A stretch of DNA of 64,000 nt, taken from assembly GCF_018350175.1 (NCBI RefSeq), contig NC_058368.1, positions 2,914,001 to 2,978,000 of the forward strand, given 5' to 3'. The DNA comes from Felis catus. Taxonomy: Eukaryota. Made by a program: the position numbers and the translations under genes. Of this stretch, positions 38,640 to 51,214 are shown piece after piece. The notes beneath the pieces are model-generated. The model was not told the DNA's origin. It did not search any database and worked only from the letters and a program-made list of their open reading frames with translations. Numbering within the stretch: position 1 is the stretch's first letter; each line of letters starts with the position of its first letter.

Positions 38640-39345
38640 CCCCGAGAGTATCCATGAAAGCAGAGTTGGTAGAGGCAATTAAAAGAACCAAAGTTAAAAT
38701 ACAACCAGAGGGACAATCAAGGAGGCATCCCATCCATTAAACTAACATGCAATATGAAAAAAACATTGGGTGTCTTAAAAATGCTAAATATGATCATCAG
38801 AAACAAAGAACACAACTCATTATGTTGAATGCAGAGCAATACAGCTGAGGTTCAATTATCAAAGTGGGCGGTTGAGGCGATGAATTATCTACCACAAGAT
38901 GTTGGAGAGTTGCCACGGATGAGGGGCAAAAGGTTAAGAGATATGGAAGATGATCTGGAAATGAAACCTCCAGCTACGGGTTCCAGAAGAGAAGGAGCAG
39001 AATGAAGAGTAGAAAATTTCCAGAAGCTAAAGAAGGTCGTGGCTCTTGAGACTGGAGGGGACCCAGAATAAGACGAGCAAGCAAGACACACACCTAGACA
39101 CGGTGTAGTGACACCGCAAATATCAAAGAGAAAAGTTTAAATTCTCCACCAAGGAGGGTCAGACAACTGACAATCAAAGAGAAGCAGATGAACACCGGGC
39201 TTCTCGTGGCGGATACCAGCGAATAATGAAGCTAACAGTGAAGCAATACCTTCAAAGTCATTTGCTAAAACCACTCAGAATACACAATGACCCCATGCCT
39301 ACTTACTTGTTCATCTGACCGTGAAGGCTAAATAAAAAGGACGTT

Positions 39346-39559
39346 GGGCCCCCGGGGGGGTTAGTCGGTTGAGCGTCCGACTTCGGCTCAGGTCATGATC
39401 TCGCGGTTTGTGGGTTCGAGCCCCGCGTCAGGCTCTATGCTGACAGCTCGGAGCCTGGAGCCTGCTTCGGATTCTGTGTCTTCCCCTCTCTCTGTCCCTC
39501 CCTCACTTGTGCTCTGTCTCTCTCTCCTTCAAAAATAAATAAACATTAAAAAAATTTTT
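39346..39559 (+). mobile_element. Can-SINE (SINEC_Fc)
   Basis: Consensus-like body; TSD aaaaaggacgtt (39334-39345) / aaaaatgacgtt (39560-39571). Confidence 0.95.
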
Positions 39560-39664
39560 AAAAATGACGTTAAGTCATAAAAGCCTTATGAAACTTACCA
39601 ACTATAGACATTTTATAAAATAATTATTTAAGGAGATGTGCAAACAGGATTAAGAAAAATATGA

Positions 39665-39878
39665 GGGGCGCCTGGGTTGCTCAGTCTGTTAAACGTCCGA
39701 CTTGGGCTCAGGTCATGATCTCACAGCTCCTGAGTTCGAGCCCCATGTCAGGCTCTGTGCTGGCAGCTCAGAGCCTGGAGCCGGCTTCGGATTCTGTGTC
39801 TCCCTCTCTCTCTGCCCCTCCCCCGCTTGCACTCTGTCTTTCTCTCTCAAATATAAACAAACATGTAAAAAAAAAGAC
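39665..39878 (+). mobile_element. Can-SINE (SINEC_Fc)
   Basis: GGGGCGCCTGGG head; TSD aaaaatatga (39655-39664 / 39879-39888). Confidence 0.95.
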
Positions 39879-40380
39879 AAAAATATGAAAATGCCATGGG
39901 CTGTAAAAAAGAGTGGCACGTGAAGAAATCAGTCTACGTGCTAGCTGAATTTAAATACTTGTTTAAACAGAGAATGAGCACTGCCTCCCTCAGCAATCAT
40001 TCAGAAATTAAATCTCATATAATTTGGGAAACTGTGAAAAGTGGGAGAAAAAGGAGTGAAACTGCTACAATTCTTATCCTCGTTGAGGAAAGGTATAGAT
40101 ACGGAATGGTTCTGTGAATCAGCAGAAAAATCTGTTTTAATATATGTGTTAATGTTTTACAGCAACTATTCAAAACTATACCTAAAATGAATACTCTAAA
40201 ATGCTAGGAAATTTGGGGGTAAGGTTGATCAATTCAACCACAGCAACATTAAAAAAAGTCAAGGGAAAAAATAAAAAGGAAGCACGATCCAGAGAAAATA
40301 ATATCTACTCCTTAACCCCCCAAAAATGTGGCAGAAAATGATGCCATGTGAGTAATCATATAAATATGAGCAAGTCCATT

Positions 40381-42060
40381 TTTTTTTCAGTTTTTGGCAT
40401 GTGTTTTAATTATTTTTATTTTTTTATTTCTTGTCACTTAGAAAATTTTTATTTTTTATTTATTTTTTACAAAATATTATTTATTGTCAAATTGGCTTCC
40501 ATGCAACACCCGGTGCTCGTCCCAACAAGTGCCCCCCTCAACACCCATCACCCACTTTCCCCTCTGCCCCACCCCCCATCCACCCTCAGTTTGTTCTCCG
40601 TATTTAGGAGTCTCTTATGGTTTGCCTCCCTCCCTCTAGCTTTTTTTACCCCTTCCCCTCCCCCATGGCCTTCTGTTAAGTTTCTCAAGATCCACATATG
40701 AGTGAAAACATATGGTGTCTGTCTTTCTCTGTATGACTTATTTCACTTAGCATAACACTCTCCAGTTTCATCCATGTTGCTACAAAAGGCCAGATTTCAT
40801 TCTTTCTCATTGCCAAGTAGTATTCCATTGTGTATCTAAACCACACCTTCTTTATCCATTCATCAGTTGATGGACATTGAGGCTCTTTCCATAATTTGGC
40901 TATTGTTGAAAGTGCTTCTATAAACATTGGGGTACAAGTGCCCCTATGCATCAGCACTCCTGGATCCCTTGGGTCAATTCCTAGCAGCGCTATTGCTGGG
41001 TCATAGGGTAGATCTATCTTTAAGGAATTTTTTTTTGAGGAAACTCCACACTGTTTTCCAGAGTGGCTGCATCAGTTCGCATTCCCACCAACAGTGCAAG
41101 AGGGTTCCTGTTTCTCCACATCCTCGCCAGCATCTATAGTCTCCTGATTTGTTCATTTTAGCCACTCTGACTGGCGTGAGGTGGTATCTCAGTGTGGTTT
41201 TGATTTGTATTTCCCTGATGAGGAGTGATGTTGAGCATTGTTTCATGTGCCTGTTGGCCATCTGGATGTCTTCTTTGGAAAAGTATCTATTCATATCTTC
41301 TGCCCATTTCTTCACTGGATTATTTGTTTTTTGGGTATTGCATGTGGTAAATTCTTTATAGATTTTGAATACTAACCCTTTATCTGATATGTCATTTGCA
41401 AATATCTTTTCCCATTCCGTCAGTTGTCTTTTAGTTTTGTTGATTGTTTCCTTTGCAGTGCAAAAGTTTTATCTTGATGAGGTCCCAATAGTTCATTTTT
41501 GCTTTTAATTCCCCTGCCTTTAGAGATGTGTCAAGTAAGAAGTTGCTGTGACTAAGGTCAGAAAGGTTGTTGCCTGCTTTCTCCTCTAGGGTTTTGATGG
41601 TTCCCTGTCTCACATTTAGGTCTTTCATCCATTTTGAGTTTATTTTTGTGTATGGTGTAAGAAAGTGGTCCAAGTTCATTCTTCTGCATGTTGCTGTCCA
41701 GTTTTCCCAGCATCATTTATTAAAGAGACTGTCTTTTTTTCCATTGGATGCTCTTTCCTGCTTTGCCAAAGATTAGTTGGCTATACTTTTGTGGGTCCAC
41801 AAAACAGTTCTGTCCACAAGACAGTTCTGGAGTCTCTATTCTATTCCATTGGTCTATGTGTCTGTTTTTGTGCCAATACCATGCTGTCTTGATGATTACA
41901 GCTTTGTAGTAGAGGCTAAAGCCTGGGATTGTGATGCCTCCTGCTTTGGTTTTCTTCTTCAATATTATTTTGGTATCGGGGGTCTTTTGTGGTTCCATAC
42001 AAATTTTAGGATTGTCTGTTCTAGCTTTGAGAAGAATGCCAGTGCAATTTTGAATGGGAT
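40381..42060 (-). mobile_element. 5'-truncated carnivore/felid LINE-1 (ORF2 C-terminus and 3'UTR)
   Basis: ORF track gives L1 ORF2 peptides ([53 protein letters not shown]) broken by frameshifts. Perfect 14-bp TSD tgagcaagtccatt (40367-40380 / 42061-42074). Confidence 0.97.
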
Positions 42061-42879
42061 TGAGCAAGTCCATTAAAAAGAACAAGGTATCCTGTAATAT
42101 ATATCTTTTATAACTTGTTTTACTTCATTTGATATTATGGTTTTGGCTTATGTCTTTGTTGATTGATAATAGTAAAATTTAGGTTCCGATTATTTTATTT
42201 TTTAAATAGTTTCCGATTATTAATTGCTCCAAGGAATACATTGTGTGAGTAAGTCACATTTTATCCATTCATTGCCCTCATTTAGAGGCAAGTAAAGTTT
42301 TTAAAATTTTTCACTATTATAAACAATAATTCAGTAAACACATTTACATATTTTTGTGTTCACAAAGAGAGTTGCTCTGGGTGAAATCAGGCAATAGAAT
42401 TAACCGTCTCCAAAGATAAGCATCTCCAATTTTATGAGGCATGGCCTAATTGCTCTCCAAAGTAGTGAATTAATTATTTAAGGTATTTAAAGGGCAAATT
42501 CAAATTTAAAAAATGTGCCGAAGCATGCATACAGATGATACATACACACTTCAGAGCAGTCTGTATCTGTGAGGAAGGAGGGAGGCAAAGACAGGGGCAC
42601 CTTTGGGTTGGATCTGTAATATTTTATTTCTTTAAAGGGATCTGATGCTGACATGATCAATTGTTGTCTGTTAAAAAAATGGGGGTGGGCAGCACCTGGG
42701 TTATGGCATTTTCTCATCTTTGCTTGAAACATTTGGTAATGACAGGTATTAGAAATTAAAATTGCCTATTACTTAAAATTGGCTTGGGTAAGCAAGGGGA
42801 TGGTGAGAGAAGTTTTGAGTCTAACTCAAAGTCAAACTCAAAGCGTTACTTACAGGCTAAGTAACGCTTTCTTGGGAGG

Positions 42880-43400
42880 CAAGAGGGAAAGAGGACACCC
42901 AGAAGAAGAGGCTGTGTGAACCAGGGCAGAGAGGTGGGAAAAGCAAGACGTCTCTGGGCTCAGGCTGCATTGGTAGGAGATTGGTGGGAATTTGGGTGCA
43001 AGGACCAGGTTTGGGACAGATGATTAGAGGTCCTGAAATTCTGGACCAAACTGCTCAATCTCTTGGACTTTATCTCATGGGTAGTGCAGAGCCATGGAAG
43101 GCTTGAAACAGAAAGATCTGGGTTTTAGAAAGAACAGAGGAAGCCATCTAAAGATGAATGGAGGTGGGAAATATTTCAGGCAGGCAGGTGCAGAACGTGG
43201 AATGATGAAGGTCATGAATAAGCAGTGGCAGAGGGGCCAGACCTGGGGACCAACCTGAGGTAGGGCATTGGACACCGATGGAAAATCGTAGAACGGTCCT
43301 TCTAGTTGTGATGATGGAGAAGGGCAGTGCCATTAATTAAGACAAGAAATACAGAAAAGAGGTGAAGGTTTGGAGGACAGATAAAAGAGTTTGGTTTATC
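42880..43400 (-). mobile_element. L2 fragment
   Basis: gagccatggaaggcttgaaacag...gtgccattaattaagacaagaaatacag...gaaggtttggagg resembles antisense L2. Confidence 0.55.
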
Positions 43401-44594
43401 TTTCTTATTTCGGAATTTTCTTTTGAAAAATGTTTTGCAGTTTTAAAACTTTTTTGAAAGCTGAAATCTTTTGCAATTTGAAATGCATGTGCCGTTTGGA
43501 GATGCCAGAAAGCAGTGGGAAAGACCTTTGACCATCAAAAGTGTCAAAAGATACGTGCTGCTCACGCGAACTATTCGGTTTATCCTGCACCAACTCCCAG
43601 TGCGCCTGGTGTAACCGGTGCGTGGGTTAAGTAACGTGTATGGGTTTGGGGCTCAAAACCAGCTTTGTCTAACTCCCAAGGAAAGGGAACGGAACAAGCT
43701 AACACGCGCTGGGTGCCTTCTGGGGTGTGGCTGATAGGAAGCATGACTCACTTACTCAATTCCCCGAATAGCTTAGATTCTACGGCCACCCCCACTTTAC
43801 AAATGAAACAATGCTGACCTTACGTACATTATGTAACTTGTGGTCACTTAATGTGCCCGAAAACGGGGTACTGGCTGGCATCATGGGCCCTGGGATCCAG
43901 CTGCCTGGTTTAGCAACAAGCCTCTTGGTGTTCCTGGGGTGTCCCACTCCTCCTTTCAACCTCCGCTGATGACTGCACCTTCTGAGTAACAATGAGCACG
44001 CACAGCACACGGAAGGATGCTTCACATGTAGTAAAGTGCTCAACACAAGGGCGCTATTGTTTCTCATTAAACAAGGTCACCCATCCGATATTATCGTTCT
44101 CTGAAGAGTGATGGTGATTTACCGACGTACACGAGTGGTGAGCTCACGCTGAAATGCAGGGTCTCCCATCCCCCAACCTTGTAGGTTTCTCCCATGGGCC
44201 TCTGCCTTTCTTGAAGACTTCCAGAAGTGTTTGATGCATGTTAGAGGGCTTTACTAAAAGTGCCTGGAGCAAACGTGTGCTGGTGTTTGAAAGAGGACGG
44301 GTCTTCATTTCCCTGGCAAATCATGTATCTGCCACTTTACTCACCCATTCTGTGTACCATGAACCCATTTCGGCCCTCGGATTGGTCTACACCACACAAT
44401 TGTGCCCTCTGTTATTCTGCCCAGGATCTGCCATCGGCTGTTGAGAGTCATGTATGTTTCTAAGTGGCATCCCCCCTGGGGCACCAAACATTGGATCCAT
44501 ATCTCAAAAGCTGTGAAGTTGTACAGCCCTGAGAGAACACTTTCCTTTTTTGGAGAGGAGAATATCATTTTCAACACATTGCTGTGCAATTTGT

Positions 44595-44597
44595 GAA

Positions 44598-44640
<43 letters not shown>

Positions 44641-44789
44641 GAGAAAGGAAGGAAGAAAGAAAAGAAGGAAGAAAGAAAGAAAAGAAGGAAGAGGGAAAAG
44701 AAGAAAGAAAGAAAGAAGAAAGAAAGAAAAGAAGGAAGGAAGAAAGAAAAGAAAAGAAAAGAAAAGAAAAGAAAAGAAAAGAAGAAAGG
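44595..44789 (+). repeat. Complex (GAAA)n/(GAAG)n/(GAAAA)n pure-purine tract
   Basis: About 195 bp with no pyrimidine on the + strand. Confidence 0.97.
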
Positions 44790-45904
44790 CTTATAAGTTT
44801 TCTGTGACATCAGATGGCAGCTGGAAGTTACCCTGGAAAGGAGTAATGTCCCCTGACACTGATTTGAGCATAATCTCCCCAAGAGGTATCGGACCACACA
44901 TGTGAGGTTAGTCCACTCCAGCTAAATTCCGTCCTCCTTCCTTCTGTTGAAAAGCTCCGCGGTTTCCCTTTCGTCCTCCAGAGGATATCTTCCCTTTGTG
45001 ATGTGGACTGTGGCCACTGCCCACTCCTGCCTCCCACGATAAGCTCGTTTCTCCTTCAGACTGCACCTCTCAGCTCCCTGTTACGACAGTTGGCTTTCTT
45101 CTCAGTTCAGAGGCAGCCGAACTCAACATTTGCCCAGGAGAAAATGCTAAGCATTGAATCTTCCTCTTCCATACATTTTCCTCTTCCATGATAAGAGGAC
45201 CAAGAGGAACGGCCTCCCCCTCACTGAATAACCAGAAAATGACAAAGAAAGCATTTACTCTGCTTTCTCTCTCTCACGTTTGCAACTCAAGGCTTAGGTC
45301 TTTGTGGAGATATACTCAGGTGAAATTCTTTTCCCCTGGACTGAATGGTCGAGAAATTACTTACTGAAAGCCTGTACAAATATGACTATTTTCAGAATGT
45401 TCTAAATTAAAAAAAAAATCTGCCTCGTAATTTTACAAAGAGGGTGATTCAGGGAGCATAAACTTCCTGTGATTGTTCACTCCCCAAAGTCATTTTATTT
45501 AAGAATTTAGTAGTTAAATTTACTGCTTTTCTGTGCCCTGGCATTACCTTGATATTACTTCTGGACCCATTGGATTCCTTTTCATGTCTCTGTCAACATT
45601 TCTCTCTGTGGCTTTCAGCCTTCTTCATCCACTTTCCTTCATGTTCCTGGGGGACCTCTTGAGCTGTCATGTATGATTGACCTTGAACTGGTGCCCATGA
45701 TGCTAATTCGTTATGACTACGCTTTGCAGCACAGTTGGCCAATCCAAGGATCCTATGACATCCATATTTGAAGCTAGTGATTTGCGAGTGCTTGAATTTT
45801 TCAGACTCATAACAAATATTGTAAGAATATTAAAAATAATGCAGATTGTTGTGACAACACGTTGGATATTTCCTGTTAACTATGCCCAACTATTTTGGCT
45901 TTTG

Positions 45905-46390
45905 TATTCAACATATTCATTCAACCACTATTTGAACACTAATTTGACCCCAGAAGTATGCTGGAGGCAGGCATAGTGGGCATTGTTTCTTCTCACACTG
46001 AGCTTATAGTCCAAATAGCCCCTCACACTAAGTACAGTCACAAGTGCTATGAAGGAGACACATAAGAGACTACAGGAACATGCTACTGGGTGGGAGAGAG
46101 TCTAAGAGGGCATGTCCAGAGAGGTAACCCTGAAGTCACCCCAAGCTGAGATCTGAAAGGGATCTTGGAGCTCTTGGGTGAGGGGAGGACATTTCAGTTT
46201 CAGAGAAGGGCAGGGGGAAGGGCTGGGGATGGAGGGGAGTATGGCCCACTCAGGACCTGGCAGACAGGAGGCTGAGTGGGATGCTGAGAGGGAAGAAAGG
46301 AGTGGTCAGAATGAGCCAGATTGCTTAGAACACTGATGGCCTCAGGAAGGATTTTTGAACTTCATCCTGAGGGCATAAAGAAGCCTTCCC
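45905..46390 (-). mobile_element. L2 fragment
   Basis: attcattcaaccactatttgaacact...gagcttatagtc...aagtgctatgaaggaga...aagctgagatctgaaag is the antisense L2 3' end. Confidence 0.65.
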
Positions 46391-46514
46391 CTGGTCTCCT
46401 GGGCTCTTAGCTTTGGGGTCTCAGGTGCTCACTTGATAAAGGAATACAAGACAACATGTCCTGCCTAGAAAACATCCCACCAGTGGCAGGCCATAATGGA
46501 GGGCAAGGATGTTC

Positions 46515-46739
46515 TTTTTTTTTTTTTTTTAATTTTTTAATGTTTATTTATTTTTAAGGGAGAGAGAGAGAGAGAGATCATGAGCAGGGGAGGGGCAGAG
46601 AGGGAGACACAGAATCTGAAGCAGGCTCCAGGCTCCAGTTGTCAGCACAGAGCCCAGTGCGGAGCTCGAACCCATGAACTGTGAGATCGTGACCCGAGCA
46701 GAAGTCGGACGCTTAACAACTGAGCCACCCAGGTACCCC
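46515..46739 (-). mobile_element. Can-SINE (SINEC_Fc)
   Basis: Antisense body with poly-T tail; flanks aaggatgttct / aagtatgttct act as a TSD. Confidence 0.95.
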
Positions 46740-47199
46740 AAGTATGTTCTTTTGGAAGTTTGTCCAGCAGAGGAGGGGTGAAGCTGAAGGGATTTTGGGT
46801 GTCTCTGAGGCCTTCAATCATTCCACACACTATGACTTCAAACCCATCGACTCATAATTGCTCTTCTGGTCTTTTCATTTTGGGCATGTAGATGCCACAG
46901 GGTCTTTCTTGAGTCTAGGCTGCCCTGCTTCTGGTTCCTTCCCTTGGTCACAGCCCACACGGGATCCTGGCCTGGGAGTCTCCCAGGGGGTCACTCTCGT
47001 TCTGGATGGAGATGTTTGAATAACAGCAGACATTGTCTTCTCCCCCCACCCTGATTTACCTCCCCTAACTTTTCCTTTCCATGTTTCATCTCTTTTTAAG
47101 TCGTGAACCCCAAAACCCTTATGAGCCTTTTAATCGAACAACCTTTTGTTGAGTATGAACTGTATGTTTGACTGTGTAGAGATGTGAGGGACTCAAAAA

Positions 47200-48185
47200 A
47201 ATATCATGGACCTAAGTGTCAGAAGTAGAAGTATAGAATTTCCAGAAGAAAATGAAGGAGAAAATGATTGTGACCATGGATTATATGAAAATTTCTTGAA
47301 GAGGGTTCAAAAGCCCAACACAAAAGAAAAAAAAAAGATGTATACCTTGGATTTAATCAAAATCATAAAACAAAACAAAAGCTTTTTCTCTTCAAAACAC
47401 TGTTAAGAACATAACAAATCAAGCTAGAGACTGGGAGAAATTATTGAAAACGGGTTTGTTTTGAAAAACACGTAGAGAACGCAATAGTAAGAATAATGAA
47501 AAAAAAAAAGGATATGAAAAATCTAGGGAAAAGAGAAGCAATGTTGGAGCAAATCCTTTACCAAAGAAATGATGCTTTGTATCATTAGCCATTGAGGAAA
47601 TGCACACGGAAACCACAGTGAGATACCGCAACTAGAATTCTCATGAACAGTGGGTAGGAATCCAAAACCGTATGCCCACTTTGGAAGATGGTTGGACAGT
47701 TTCATGAAAAGTTAAACACCTACCCACCATACGCCCCACTTATCCCACTCGGGGGGTTTCCCCAAGAGAAATGAAAGGGAACGTCCACACTAAGACTTGT
47801 ATGTGAATGTTCATAGCAGCCTTATTTGTAGTAGCTGAATCTTCAGACAGCCACCGTGTACCCATCCGAGTCAATTGACAGGAGCCATCACAGCGAAGTG
47901 TCTTAAGATGCCAGACCGAAGAGAAATGTGCATCATGTACAATTCCATTTATAAAATTCTAGAAAATGCAAACAATTGAGGAATATCCTGGGAAATAGAA
48001 AGGAGATCAGTAATTTCCTGGGGACAGCAGAGCGGGCAGATAACAGAGGGCACGGGGGAATCCGTAAAGGCATAAGGAGTGTTATCTTGAGGTGGATGAT
48101 CGTGTCATACGTGCAAAATTCATCCAGCTGCACACTTAAATGTGTGCGATTTCTCATACATTAATTCTACTGCATAAAGAATGCT
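47200..48185 (+). mobile_element. Old L1 (L1M-type) ORF2 end and 3'UTR
   Basis: tcattagccattgaggaaatgcac..aaaccacagtgagatac, cccaagagaaatgaaa..cacactaagacttgta..gaatgttcatagcagc and aattccatttataaaattctagaaaatgcaaac are L1M landmarks. Confidence 0.85.
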
Positions 48186-48901
48186 AAAACATATGAAAGT
48201 TGTTCTTGACTGCAAGGGTTTTCTGTTCTGGTGGATCTGACCAGGTTTTGCTGACCTGATTTAGAAGTTAAGGTCTTTAGAATTATTTTAGCCCGTTGTG
48301 GGATCACCAGGAGGTCCTGAGATGACTATATTGCTCCTGGGACCATTCCAGGCTACAAAATAATCAATAGAGACCCATGAGCTCATGCTTTGGCATTTAC
48401 GAATGAGAAAAGCCTCAGTGGGCCTATAGGGAGAAATGGGTTGAACGGTATCTCACCCAAACTAACAACAGCCTACTGAATCAAACTACATGCCAAATAT
48501 TGTACGAGGTTTTCCGTAGGCAGTTCATCATCCCGATAACCTTGTGGTCCTCATCCTTGTTTGGTAGCAAAGTAATGGAATCGGGGAAGATAAACCCCTT
48601 GCCCTTCAAACCTCACTCAGATGCGCAGGGTTTATGGCATTGCTTCTTTGAGGCTTGTGCTAAGTCTCTGACAGCACTCGACTTGACAAGTTATTTTTTC
48701 CCATCATCTGCTACAGATCCTTAAAGCCATGTCAGCCTTGGGGAAGACAATGGCCAGCTCATCGGCGAACAAAAGTTGGTATCATATAATTTCATCCACC
48801 AGGAAGAGAAGCTGCTTCAGGGTGATGTGCTCAGGGCTACGTACTTCCAACTTATTTTTTACCCTGATATACGGTAACGTTCCCTCTTTTTGGAGTGTCC
48901 C

Positions 48902-49300
48902 CGTGCTGGTTACTTTTACGTGTCGACTTAACCGGATGCTGGAGTGCCCAGAATGTGCTTCAACGTTATTTCTGGGTGTTCTGTGAAGGTGTTTCTGAAT
49001 GAAATTAACCTTCAAGTCGGTGGATTCGGTAGAGCAGTTTGCCTTCCTCGATGTGAACGGGCACCATCCGGTCCCTTGAGAGCCTGAATAGAACAAAAAA
49101 AAATATTGAGGAAGGCAGAATTCTGCCTTCCACGCCTGAGTGTTTGGGCGGGGAGTCCATTTTTTCCTGTCCTCGGCATTGCTGGTTCTCAGGCCTCTGG
49201 ACTCACCGCCCGCCTTTCTGGATCTTCAGCTTGTAGATGGTGGACCACGGGGCTTCTCAGCCTTCACAATTGCACGAACCAATTCCCGTAATACATCTTT
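48902..49300 (+). mobile_element. MLT2 (ERVL-type) LTR
   Basis: gtgctggttacttttacgtgtcgactt...ttatttctgggtg...gggcaccatcc...gcctgaatagaacaaaa matches the recalled MLT2 consensus. Confidence 0.8.
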
Positions 49301-49389
49301 TCACATAGACAATGTGGAGGCCCCAGACGAGCGGAACAGCTCTATTAGCTTTGGCAAGTGCATGGAGTCGTGTAGCCGCTTCTATCGTT

Positions 49390-50400
49390 AAGAGACAGGA
49401 CGATTCCCTCGTCCCCCAGATTCCCTTACGCCCGCTTTTAGGAAGCCACTTTTCCCATCCCAAATCCCCAGCAATCTCTGACGTCTGCCTCATTCCTATA
49501 ATTTCCTATCTTCTAAACTGCTAGATAGGCGGAGTCCTAAGAGGATCTAGCCTGCGAGTCTGGCTCTTTTCCTCCTAGACTAAAGGCACTTGAAATTCAT
49601 CAGAGCGGTTGTGACGTCACTATTTGTTCTTTTCCGTGGCGAGTATTCTGTTGCAGGCTGGAACCACAGCCCGCCTCTCCACTCCCCAGCTGAGGCACAG
49701 ATGGCTTGTGTCTGGTTTGGGGTGATTATGAATATAACTGCTATAAACATTAGCATACAGGTTTTTGTGTGAACAGAGATTTTCATGTACTTGGAGAAAA
49801 TATCTGGGGGGCAGTCCTGGAGCCTGGATACTCTTTTTTTTTTCCAGCTAAAAAAGCTGGAAAGAGAAAACTCTTTTATTTCTATCAATCTGTCTTCAAG
49901 TTTACGTTTTCTGTCATTTCCATTCTGCGACTGAACCCATCCCGTAAGTTTTTCCAATATTTCATTTTTTAGTTGATTTCTAGTTTAGTTTCTTTTTTAG
50001 TTCAGTTTGGCTTTAGTTTAATTTTTTTTTTTTTTACATCGTTTCTATTCCCCTCTGAGGTTTTCTATTTTATCATTCATTTCAAGGCTGTGCATTTTTA
50101 CCTCATGGAGATGATTATAACAGCTGCTTTAACACCGTTGTCTGATAATTCCAACATCTGGGCATCTGTTGATTGTCCCCCCACCCCCACCCCGGGAAGT
50201 TTTCAGATTTTTCTGGTTCTTTGGAGGCCGAATAATTTTGGAGCGCTTCCTGGGCATTTGAATATTGTGTGTGAGACTCAGGTTACTTTAACCTCTCCCT
50301 GGGGGGTGTTGATTAGTTGTTTTAGCAGGCAATCGACCCCTTTCGGTTGAGACCACAAGTTTTGTCTCACCTTCCATGGGCTTTGGTTCAAACACCGGTT
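49390..50400 (-). mobile_element. Old L1 pieces: 3'-end fragment abutting an ORF1-region fragment
   Basis: 49390-49825 is antisense L1 3' region (gctataaacattagcatacaggtttttgtgtgaac). 49880-50400 resembles antisense ORF1/5' region (tctgtcttcaagttt; tgtctgataattccaacatctggg). Confidence 0.6.
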
Positions 50401-51214
50401 CATTTAGCAAAACCTTTTCTGTGGTATTTGGGTTTGCCCCATGCAGGCTCCCCTCAGGGATTAGTCTGGGATCTGAGTGGTGGCTTGGATTGTACTTGAC
50501 TTTAAAGCTTTTGCTATGCATCTGGGGGACTCGTCTGTGTGCAGAAGCCTGGAGGAGCCTGGGGCAGCTGTGGGTTCATGCACAGAATTTGGGGACGCTC
50601 CTAACGGCCCATCTGTCCCAGGGGTTTCTCCACGCGCTTGTGTTTCGTCCGTTCCTATGTCCAGAATGTCAGGCTCCTTTTTGGGCTTTTTCCCTTGGCC
50701 TCGTTCGGATTTGGGTATCTCAGGGTGCTCTCAGGAAACAGTGTAGAAAGAAAAGAGAAAGGGAAAAAAAATAATGAACATTTTCGTCAATCTCTTCAAA
50801 CCACGGGGATCCCTTTTCCTGTTTTCTCTGCCCAGAGAAATGGGTTTTCTCTTTGGATTTCAGATGGCCATCCCAGCATGCATGGCCCCTGGGGTAGTGC
50901 AACTCTGGGATGGACACTGGCATGGAGGCTGGGCCCGGAGAGGAGAGAGAGAAAAATGAGAAATCCAACTGCCTGCGCTGTAAGCTGGCCCCTTGATGCA
51001 GAGATGCCAAGAAGGTTTGGATAGATGCTGATATTTTTTCAAGGAACCTTATAATTGGAGTAGAAAGAATTTTGTCAAGGGCTGCTGAATTTTGAAAGCA
51101 AGGAGGTGGAGAATTTTCTGGATGTGAACGCATACGAACACATACCAGAGCCTCACGGTAAAGATATGTGAACGGTACATTCAAAATGCATAGGTTCGGA
51201 ATTTCACTCACGGT

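Larger units (their letters stand above)
38450..40380 (+). mobile_element. Ancient L1 ORF1 remnant hosting later insertions
   Basis: Decayed ORF1 motifs (gggttccagaagagaag ~GVPEE; gaaaatttccagaagctaaag ~ENFPELK; cacacctagacac ~TPRH). It continues to an ORF2-start-like sequence that resumes after 42074. Confidence 0.6.

Noticed and set aside
44550..44897. Lys/Glu/Arg-rich and Phe/Ser-rich ORFs
   Set aside because: These are translations of the GAAA microsatellite.
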